Assembly (NCBI GenBank): GCA_049650165.1
Contig: JBARZO010000051.1
Span: 1 to 31,971 of the forward strand
From: Rubrobacteraceae bacterium
GTDB lineage: Bacteria; Actinomycetota; Rubrobacteria; Rubrobacterales; Rubrobacteraceae
Direction of reading: 5' to 3'
Length of the DNA stretch: 31,971 bases
Part shown: in pieces, positions 8,956-16,282 of the stretch
How positions within the stretch are numbered: position 1 is the stretch's first letter
Layout of the letters: each line of letters begins with the position of its first letter
The notes under the pieces: generated by a model
Database searches by the model: none
The model's input: the letters and a program-made list of their open reading frames with translations, nothing else
Told to the model about the DNA's origin: nothing
Made by a program: the position numbers and the translations under genes

Positions 8956-9530
8956 GAATCTTCAACAGGATAATAGTAATACTGCTCCTCGCCGGCCTAA
9001 TAGTGCTGGGCGTGTTTGGTGTGGTCTACAGTCTGGGACTCTTTGGATATGCGCTCTCGGACCTTCCGCAAACTCTGGGACTCCAGCAAGTCTACGACGG
9101 GGCCGTGGAATTGGTAGATGACGCCGAAAACGGCACCCTACTGCCCATCGTGGCCTTGATACTACTCGGGATCGCTTTACTCGGTCTAATCTTGCTGATA
9201 CTGGAGCTGAAGCCTCCCGCACCGCGTAGAGTCAAACTTCAGGACAACACTTACGCCACGCGCAGTTCGGTCAAGAACCAGGTTCTCGCGGCAGCGGACC
9301 AGACCTCCGAGATGATCAGTTCTTCGGCAAAGGTCAAGGCTCGCAGGAGCCCTGGGGCGAAGGTCAACCTCAAAGGCAAGATACGCCGGGGAGAGGATCA
9401 GAATAGTGCTGGTTCCAGCGTCCGGGATCAGGTCGGGAACCACTTGGGCAATGTCGGCATACCGGTAAGCCGGATCAAGGTAAAGCTCTCAGAGGCTGAC
9501 CCGCGTACCGGCGGAAAGAGGGTAAATTGA
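8952..9530 (+). CDS. AmaP-like alkaline shock response membrane anchor protein
   Basis: MRIFNR start, two N-terminal TM helices, basic cytoplasmic C-domain; ATGA overlap inside the Asp23 operon. Confidence 0.7.
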   Translation: MRIFNRIIVILLLAGLIVLGVFGVVYSLGLFGYALSDLPQTLGLQQVYDGAVELVDDAENGTLLPIVALILLGIALLGLILLILELKPPAPRRVKLQDNTYATRSSVKNQVLAAADQTSEMISSSAKVKARRSPGAKVNLKGKIRRGEDQNSAGSSVRDQVGNHLGNVGIPVSRIKVKLSEADPRTGGKRVN

Positions 9531-10087
9531 ACTTTTTCAACCGGCTCGTAATGCTGATAATCGCACTAATCATGATAGCGATCCCGGTCGTGGTGCTACT
9601 GGTGGCCTTCGGAATTCTCTCCGCAGACCTCGTCAATCAGTACACCAACTATCAGGGCGGCTTGCAGGCTCTGGGCAACCTCCAGGTGTCGGACTTCACC
9701 CAACAGATACTGACTATAATAGCTATCGCTAGTGGCCTCGTGGCGCTTTTGGCGCTCGTTCTGCTTTTGCGGGAGCTCACCTTCGGCAAGCGTCTCGCGA
9801 GAGACGTCGTCGTAGAGGGCACCCCAGGCCAAGAGACCGTGATAAAGACGAGCGCCGTATCCAGCCTCGTCGAGGGCGCGGCGCGGCGGGCAGGTGCCCG
9901 GCCTTCAAAGGTCTCCCTCAGCTCCAAAGGCGACGCATACAACGTCGACTGCAAAATACAGGTTCCAGAGTCCGGTAACTTCACCGAGATATCGGCCAAC
10001 ACCAAACAGAACATCCAAAACGCATTGGACCGCTACAACGTGTCCCACAAGGACGTAGAAGTCACCGTACAGGGAACCACATCTTAG
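9527..10087 (+). CDS. Second AmaP-like membrane anchor protein
   Basis: MNFFNR start, two TM helices and LLLRELT paralleling the previous gene; TTGA overlap. Confidence 0.7.
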   Translation: MNFFNRLVMLIIALIMIAIPVVVLLVAFGILSADLVNQYTNYQGGLQALGNLQVSDFTQQILTIIAIASGLVALLALVLLLRELTFGKRLARDVVVEGTPGQETVIKTSAVSSLVEGAARRAGARPSKVSLSSKGDAYNVDCKIQVPESGNFTEISANTKQNIQNALDRYNVSHKDVEVTVQGTTS

Positions 10088-10099
10088 AGAGGAGCAAAA

Positions 10100-10291
10100 T
10101 TGGCTAACTGGACCAACAAACAATGGGGCGCCGTAATCGGCGTAGTCCTGGTATTTTTACTCGTCATCATAGGCCCGGGATACACCGCGCTGGCCATACT
10201 CGTCGGGGCAATCGGATACCTAATCGGCAAGTTTCTGGATGGTGAGATCGACCTGGAGGATATTCGTGCCCGGGCCCAGGGTAGACGGTAG
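10100..10291 (+). CDS. Small integral membrane protein, DUF2273-like
   Basis: 63 aa, GAVIG...GAIGYLIGKFLDGEIDL; GAGGAG RBS; typical member of asp23 operons. Confidence 0.8.
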   Translation: MANWTNKQWGAVIGVVLVFLLVIIGPGYTALAILVGAIGYLIGKFLDGEIDLEDIRARAQGRR

Positions 10292-10375
10292 TAGCTTTCA
10301 CTTAAATTTTCTGTGAAAGTCTGTAGAAAGTAAATGTTGGAGTCGGAGTGAAAGAGCGAGGAAAGGGAGGCAAAA

Positions 10376-11119
10376 ATGCAGCTAGCTTTGCTACAGCTAG
10401 ATGAATTGCAGACGGCAACATCTAACTTCTTTCTGTGGTTCACCACGGGAGGTATGTTACTCGGGACCATACTGTTTCTGTACTGGGCAACGACCGGGCA
10501 ACCACAGAACTACCATCACTACGTAACAAGCGCAGTTATCACCCTCTGGGCCTCGATGATGTACATAGTCATGGCCGTTGGCGCGGGCGCCTCGATCATC
10601 ACAGAGCCGGACGGTGAAGCCCGGATCTTCTACTACGCCCGCTACATCGACTGGACGATTACCACTCCGCTCTTGCTTCTAGGATTGGCCTGGGTAGCGA
10701 TGGGCAGTATAAACCGTAACCCGCAGGTCGTTCTGGGACTAGTCGTCGCGGATGTCGCCATGATCCTGACCGGTGTGCTCTCTGGAGCGTGGGCCGGAGG
10801 ATTCAAATGGTTCTGGTTCGTGATCAGTTGCATATTCTTCCTCGCGGTGCTCTTCTTGATCTGGGGCCCGCTACAGACGGCGGCCCAGAGCGGCGTTTCT
10901 CCGGAGGCAAGCCTGTTCTATCCGCTGGCGGTAATGCTGACGGTCTTATGGTTCGCCTACCCTGTCGTGTTCCTTATCGGCACGGAAGGCGTCGGAGCCA
11001 TCTCTATAGGCTTCGAGGTGTTCTTGTACGCCATACTGGATATTCTCGCCAAGGTCGGCTTCGGCATAATCTTGGTGGGTGGCGTCAGAAGGATCAGGGA
11101 GCAGGGCGCCCGGGCGTAA
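10376..11119 (+). CDS. Microbial (type 1) rhodopsin, bacteriorhodopsin-like with DTG motif
   Basis: 7 TM. Helix C ARYIDWTITTPLLLLGL, helix F LWFAYP, helix G LDILAKVGFG with Schiff-base Lys226. GGGAGG RBS. Confidence 0.95.
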   Translation: MQLALLQLDELQTATSNFFLWFTTGGMLLGTILFLYWATTGQPQNYHHYVTSAVITLWASMMYIVMAVGAGASIITEPDGEARIFYYARYIDWTITTPLLLLGLAWVAMGSINRNPQVVLGLVVADVAMILTGVLSGAWAGGFKWFWFVISCIFFLAVLFLIWGPLQTAAQSGVSPEASLFYPLAVMLTVLWFAYPVVFLIGTEGVGAISIGFEVFLYAILDILAKVGFGIILVGGVRRIREQGARA

Positions 11120-11146
11120 AGCCTGCTAAGAAGGCAGTCTGAACCC

Positions 11147-11175
11147 AGAAGGGGCGGCAAATTGCCGCCCCTTCT
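11147..11175. terminator. Intrinsic terminator, probably bidirectional, between rhodopsin and the otsA-like gene
   Basis: Perfect inverted repeat AGAAGGGGCGGCAA-A-TTGCCGCCCCTTCT between convergent genes. Confidence 0.85.
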
Positions 11176-11305
11176 TCTTGCTCTATAAAGCAACGTTCAA
11201 AAAGACCGAGCAATACAGAGCCTATCTGAACGAACCGCTAGGTGTCAGCCTTTATTTTTGCTGGTGGCTGATGGCCAAGTGCTGAAGGCCTTTAACCCTG
11301 ACGGG

Positions 11306-12763
11306 TCACTCCGAACGGTACGCTTCGATGTCCTCCATCTGTGCCTCGACCCAATGCTCTATGGTGTTCGACCGGACGACCTTCTGAAGCTCTTCCGCCC
11401 TCTCACGGCGCTCTTCGGCGCTCATGGAGAGGGCTTTGTAGATGGCCTCGGCCTGGTCGTCTACGTCGAAGGGGTTTACGGTAAGGGCAGGATCCCCTAG
11501 TTCCTCGTAAGCTCCGGCATTTTCCGAAAGGACAAGGACGCCGTTGTTCTCGTTGATGACGGCGGCTTCCTTGGCGACTAGATTCATGCCGTCGCGCACG
11601 GCATTTACCAGCAAGACGTCGTAGTTTTTATAGGTGGCGACCGAGCCGGGGAAGTTGTCTTCCATCGAAAGTTCTATGGGGTTCCATGAGTCGGTGCCGT
11701 GACGGGCGTTGATCTTCTCTACCGTATTCTGCACGACTTCGGCGTACTCGGCGTATTCGGGGACATCCTCGCGTGAGGGTTGGACGCGGGCTAGAAATGT
11801 TACCTGCTCGCGCATCTCGGGATGAATCTCCAACATCCTGCCGTAAGCCTCGAACCCCCGGACGATGTTTTTGGAGAGGTCCATGCGATCCACACGGGCT
11901 AGAAGCTGTCCGGGGAGTTCCCTTATAGCCTCTTCCTCTGCTTTCACTTCGTCGCTCTCGGCCAGCTCTTCAAACTCGGCAGGGTCTATAGAGATCGGAT
12001 AAGCCCGGATCCAAACCTCGCGACCGTCTTTGTATACGATTCCCTTGTCAGCGTTCCCCTCTAGGCCCAGTACTTGTGTGGCGGTCTCAATAAAGTTCCG
12101 GGCGTAGCGATGGGTGTGGAAAGCGATCACATTAGCCTCTAGCAGGCTTTCCAATACGCCTTCTCTGATGTACTTGGGCAAGACGCGCCAGTAGTCTGGC
12201 TCGGGCCAGGGAATGTGTACAAAGAGAGAGACAAAGGCGTCGCCGGCGTTTTCTCCGAGACGCTCGCGCAGAAGGAGCGGGACCATATAGAGTTGGTAGT
12301 CGTGTAGAAGTATTATCGGCGACTCCACACCCTCGACGGCGCGGGCCGCTGCTTCGGCAAAGTTTCGATTTACGGCGACATACCCGTCTTCCCAAGCCCG
12401 GCGGGTGTCCTCTCCGAGTCGCGGCGAATACGGGAGATTGTAGAGGCCGTGCTGAACAAACCAGAGCAGCGGGTTGGCTATCTGGTTATACATGAGGTTG
12501 TAGGCTTCGGTGCCGTGCTCGACGAGGGTTACGCGCAGATCCTCGACTTCGTAGGGTGCGGGCTCGCTCGAAACTTCGATGTCCTCCTCACTCATGGCCG
12601 AGGCTACCCAGACTGTACCCTTCCGCTGGTTTACGACGGCGTTGAGAGCCGTTACGAGCCCACCAGCGCCCCGGGAGTGGTCCCGTTCGCCCGACTCCGT
12701 GCGCGAAAAGGTCACCGGGCCCCGGTTGGAGACGATCACGAACCGCTCGCCGCTGTGCGCCAC
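11306..12763 (-). CDS. otsA: GT20 family alpha,alpha-trehalose-phosphate synthase (OtsA-like; GgpS-type specificity not excluded)
   Basis: VSNRGP, GAGGLVTAL, HDYQL, HIPWP, VDRMDLSKNI, DGMNLVAKE and LSENAGA motifs. Confidence 0.85.
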   Translation of the reverse strand: MAHSGERFVIVSNRGPVTFSRTESGERDHSRGAGGLVTALNAVVNQRKGTVWVASAMSEEDIEVSSEPAPYEVEDLRVTLVEHGTEAYNLMYNQIANPLLWFVQHGLYNLPYSPRLGEDTRRAWEDGYVAVNRNFAEAAARAVEGVESPIILLHDYQLYMVPLLLRERLGENAGDAFVSLFVHIPWPEPDYWRVLPKYIREGVLESLLEANVIAFHTHRYARNFIETATQVLGLEGNADKGIVYKDGREVWIRAYPISIDPAEFEELAESDEVKAEEEAIRELPGQLLARVDRMDLSKNIVRGFEAYGRMLEIHPEMREQVTFLARVQPSREDVPEYAEYAEVVQNTVEKINARHGTDSWNPIELSMEDNFPGSVATYKNYDVLLVNAVRDGMNLVAKEAAVINENNGVLVLSENAGAYEELGDPALTVNPFDVDDQAEAIYKALSMSAEERRERAEELQKVVRSNTIEHWVEAQMEDIEAYRSE

Positions 12764-12811
12764 TATTTCCTCCCCGGTTTCTATGCTATGCGCTGTTTGA
12801 CTGCGCTACTT

Positions 12812-14053
12812 CTACACGCCCAGTAGTTTAGCGAAAAGCAGCAAGTCGTCGCGCAGCAGCCGGGTGGTTAGGTAGTGATCCCGAACGTGTTCTTTGCCGC
12901 GTCGGCCCATGTCGTGGGCGAATTCTTCATCCTGGAGTATCTTGGTGCAGGCCTTTGCCGCCTCGGGGATAGTATCTATGAGTAGGCCGCCACCATTTGC
13001 TACCTGCATCGGGATGCCTCCGACCCTACTGGCAACCATAGGCCGGGCTTTCCAGAGCGCCTCGGTTACGACGAGCCCGAAGCCCTCACGAATAGACTTC
13101 TGTATAACCACACTCGCCAGAGATTGAAAGGCGTTTACCTCGATGGCGCCAACATTGGTGAGGTTCGAGAACAGGAAAATGTCCTGATCGTCGGAGGCGT
13201 AGTTGACGGTCTTATACCAGTAGTCCCAGCCCTCGGGGTCATCGTGGGCCATGGAGCCGATAAGTACGAGTTGCACCTCGGGGACTTCTTCCTTTACTGC
13301 CCGATAGACATCTATAACTCCTAACGGGTCTTTCCAGGGATCGAAGCGCGAGACCTGAACGATAAAGGGACGTTCCGTATCGACGCCGAATTGGTTCACG
13401 ATGTAGCGGGCGTCATCCGCTGGGAGGGCCATGTTTTTTGGTGAGAGTGGATCTATGGCCGGTGGTATCAGGACCAGGTTCGGCAGTTCGAGATCGGGCG
13501 GAGTGTACTGCTGCATGGTGTAGATCTGGGCGTCGTAGTCTTTTATGTACGGTTCCAGGTAATCCAACACCTGGCGATTCGGCGTCGAGGTATCTATGTG
13601 GCAACGCCAGATCCACTTGGTGTTAGGAGAGTATTCGCCGCTGAAGTGCTTCATCAGGGCGGGCTGGGGATCATGGATGAAGATTATGTCCCATTCCTCT
13701 TCCAGGGCCGCCGCCGACTGCCGATTGTACTCCTCGTATATAGCCCGATCCTCGACGCTCAACTCGTATTCGGCGCCCTGGAGCGCGTTGTGAAAGCTCT
13801 TGGTTACGTTGAAGAAGGGCTCAGCCCCGAACATTACGTCCCACTCGGTCTGCAGTCCTACGTCGCGCATCAAAGGGACCAAGGTGTAGAGGATTTCCGC
13901 CACCCCACCACCGAAGCTGGTGGCGTTGATGTGCAAGACTCGTGCCCCATCCAAGCGTTTGCCAAGATCCTGCACTTCATCGTACAGATCCCGGCGTATG
14001 ATGCTCCGGTAGTCGGCAAGCGATTTGTTACCAGGGTTTACTCGCTGTAGCAT
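12812..14053 (-). CDS. treT: Trehalose synthase TreT-type GT4 glycosyltransferase
   Basis: HINATSFGGGVAEIL, HDPQP, WRCHID, QVSRFDPWKDP and QKSIREGFGLVVTEALWK motifs. Confidence 0.88.
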   Translation of the reverse strand: MLQRVNPGNKSLADYRSIIRRDLYDEVQDLGKRLDGARVLHINATSFGGGVAEILYTLVPLMRDVGLQTEWDVMFGAEPFFNVTKSFHNALQGAEYELSVEDRAIYEEYNRQSAAALEEEWDIIFIHDPQPALMKHFSGEYSPNTKWIWRCHIDTSTPNRQVLDYLEPYIKDYDAQIYTMQQYTPPDLELPNLVLIPPAIDPLSPKNMALPADDARYIVNQFGVDTERPFIVQVSRFDPWKDPLGVIDVYRAVKEEVPEVQLVLIGSMAHDDPEGWDYWYKTVNYASDDQDIFLFSNLTNVGAIEVNAFQSLASVVIQKSIREGFGLVVTEALWKARPMVASRVGGIPMQVANGGGLLIDTIPEAAKACTKILQDEEFAHDMGRRGKEHVRDHYLTTRLLRDDLLLFAKLLGV

Positions 14054-14163
14054 GGCATCCTTACGGTCACTGGACGGTTACGGAACTTGATACGACAAAC
14101 TGTATACGAACGTGATGGTTCCGCGCAAGCGATGAACGGGAAAATTTGAGTAATTGGGAGTTT

Positions 14164-14619
14164 TTAGCCGGTTTTGTTGTCAGGAACCACAGACGGCTGG
14201 CGAATCATCCTGAGTCGCGTCCCTCCACCGGCGGTAGTTTCCAGGGCAACCTCGTCTACCAGACTTCGTATTACGGTCAGGCCAAAGCCTCCCTGTGAAC
14301 CAGGATCTCCGGTAAAATCTTCCGCCTCGAACCCCTCGCCGGTGTCGTTCACGATAATTTCGATCGACCCGGGCAAAGCTCGGTATTCGATCTCGAACGA
14401 ATCCACCTCCGCGTGCCGGATCACATTGGTCGCAGCTTCGGTGATGGCTAACTTCAAGTCGTAGATGTCTTGCTGTCCGAAGCCGGCAAGCTCTCCAACC
14501 TGAGACACTACGAGTCGCGCGAGCAGTACGTACTCCGCCCGGCTCGGGATCTTTAGAGAGATCGGCTCGGATATACCGATCTTCTCATCCTCTTTTTTAT
14601 CGACGGTTCCCCGGCTCAC
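14164..14619 (-). CDS. RsbW-like anti-sigma factor / HATPase_c Ser kinase
   Basis: DLKLAITEAATNVIRHA (N box), D.G.GF, GGFGL..IRSLVDEV. GTG 14619 with GGAGGA RBS preferred over TTG 14664. Confidence 0.85.
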   Translation of the reverse strand: MSRGTVDKKEDEKIGISEPISLKIPSRAEYVLLARLVVSQVGELAGFGQQDIYDLKLAITEAATNVIRHAEVDSFEIEYRALPGSIEIIVNDTGEGFEAEDFTGDPGSQGGFGLTVIRSLVDEVALETTAGGGTRLRMIRQPSVVPDNKTG

Positions 14620-14700
14620 AAATAATCCTCCGGCCTCCAAAAGTTCGCCGTTTCTAGTAGCCAACCTCCGAAAAGGTTGTGCAACAGGTCAGAGCATACC

Positions 14701-14726
14701 TTACCCGAGCATGAGCTTTTTTAACC
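14701..14726 (-). promoter_or_regulatory. SigB/SigF-type promoter upstream of the rsbW-like gene
   Basis: Minus strand GGTTAA-N14-GGGTAA. Confidence 0.55.
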
Positions 14727-14773
14727 AATCGCTGTTTTATGTTGGAGAGACCGCCGCAGGAAAGGGGAAAGTT

Positions 14774-15757
14774 CTAGGAGCTTTCCCTACCGTGGGGCAT
14801 TTCTTCGCCTAATGGCTGTTCCTCGATTTCATCCACTTCGATGGCCGCTTCTTCCGGCATGTCTACCTCGGCGGACGCCGCACCCACAGCCTCTTCGTAG
14901 ATCTTCTTCGGGTCCTGATCTTCGCTGTTCTTTTCGTTGGGAGACTCGCGCTTGGTATAGCCGTCACTGGAGCCATTCATGCTCTCCATGAAAGGTTTGA
15001 AGAGATCTATTGGAACGGGGAGTATGATCGTAGAGTTCTGCTGGTTTGCGACCTCGTTCAGCGTCTGGAAGAGTCTTATCTGCATGGCTTGCGGGGTCTC
15101 CAACGTATCCGCCGCCTCCCGGAGGCGCTGCGAAGCCTGGAACTCGCCCTCGGCGGAGATGATCTTTGCCCGCCGCTCACGCTCGCTCTCAGCCTGACGC
15201 GCCATCGCCCGCTGCATCTGCTGCGGGATCTCGACATCCTTGACCTCTACGACGCTTACCTTTATCCCCCAGGGGTCAGTCTGCTCGTCGATGATGCTCT
15301 GGAGCTCGCTGTTTATGGTGTCGCGGTTGGTGAGCAGGTCGTCCAAATCCTTGTTACCCAGCACGCTTCTCAGCGTAGTCTGGCTGATCTGGCTGGTCGC
15401 CAGCACGAAGTTCTCTACTTCTACGACGCTGTTGTTCGGGTCGACGACCCGGAAGTAGACTACCGCGTTGACCCTCGCCGGTACGTTATCGCGGGTTATT
15501 ACGTCTTGAGGCGGCACATCCATCGTTACGGTACGCAGGTCCACCTTGATCATGTTGTCTATAAAAGGCAACAGGATGAAGAGTCCCGGCCCCTTAGGCC
15601 CGCCCTGAATTCGCCCGAGGCGGAAGATAACACCCCGCTCGTACTCGTTGACGATCTTGACGGCGCTGATAGCCACGGAGGCTAAGAACACCACCAGGAT
15701 AACCAGGGCCACGAGCCCCCCGAGCCCCGCCGTCTGCAATAAAGCTAATTCGATCAT
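14774..15757 (-). CDS. SPFH/Band 7 (stomatin-like, slipin) membrane protein
   Basis: [60 protein letters not shown]. Confidence 0.95.
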   Translation of the reverse strand: MIELALLQTAGLGGLVALVILVVFLASVAISAVKIVNEYERGVIFRLGRIQGGPKGPGLFILLPFIDNMIKVDLRTVTMDVPPQDVITRDNVPARVNAVVYFRVVDPNNSVVEVENFVLATSQISQTTLRSVLGNKDLDDLLTNRDTINSELQSIIDEQTDPWGIKVSVVEVKDVEIPQQMQRAMARQAESERERRAKIISAEGEFQASQRLREAADTLETPQAMQIRLFQTLNEVANQQNSTIILPVPIDLFKPFMESMNGSSDGYTKRESPNEKNSEDQDPKKIYEEAVGAASAEVDMPEEAAIEVDEIEEQPLGEEMPHGRESS

Positions 15758-15946
15758 CGCGCTCCTCCTTCTAAGTTTGAATGCTCCGCTAAACCCTAAA
15801 GACTGTTAGCTGATTCTATTCGCTGTAAGCCTAGAGATAGTGTTGCCGGTCACCACCGGCTTCGAGAAAATGTCTTTAGCGCCACCTCCGTGGAAAGTTT
15901 TGCTCTTACACGCCCCGATTGTACCACCAGCAACTATTTCCAAATG

Positions 15947-15974
15947 AAAAGGAGACCATCTCTGGCCTCCTTTT
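15947..15974 (-). terminator. Intrinsic terminator
   Basis: Minus strand AAAAGGAGGCCA-GAGA-TGGTCTCCTTTT; the stem pairs fully with one G-U on this strand. Confidence 0.8.
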
Positions 15975-15998
15975 CGGTTTTGCTAAATTATCGGAGCT

Positions 15999-16178
15999 CT
16001 ACAGAAGTCTTCTCGCGCCCACGTAGGCTGGTATGGGGTTGATCGAGGTTCCTTCCGCGGTGTAGCCGACAAAGGACGGGGCGTAAATGATGCCTTGCTC
16101 ATGGCTGTTCTACACTTGGGTTATGTAGCCGCTCCCTTCCTCGCTCCAGAAGACCAGATCACCGGCATTAGGTTCCCC
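15999..16178 (-). pseudogene. Decayed C-terminal half of an NlpC/P60 peptidase domain
   Basis: Manual translation GEPNAGDLVFWSEEGSGYITQV*NSHEQGIIYAPSFVGYTAEGTSINPIPAYVGARRLL*. GDLVF and terminal Y.GARR are NlpC/P60 hallmarks. Internal TAG at 16110-16112; no start codon. Confidence 0.75.
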
Positions 16179-16282
16179 GGGTCCGGGCTGATTGTGCGTT
16201 GTTCATCGTGTTGCTGCTTTTCAGCGGATAGATGCCAGCACCTCGGTTATTGAGGTGCCGGCGTATTAGGGTGACTTACCTG

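Noticed and set aside
10258..10284. Internal SigF-like promoter GGATA-N16-GGGTAG upstream of the opsin
   Set aside because: Mismatches in both boxes and located inside coding sequence; too weak without TSS data.
10376..11119. Xenorhodopsin, halorhodopsin or retinal-free opsin assignment
   Set aside because: The D212 equivalent is Asp (not Pro), the D85 equivalent is Asp, and the Schiff-base Lys is present.
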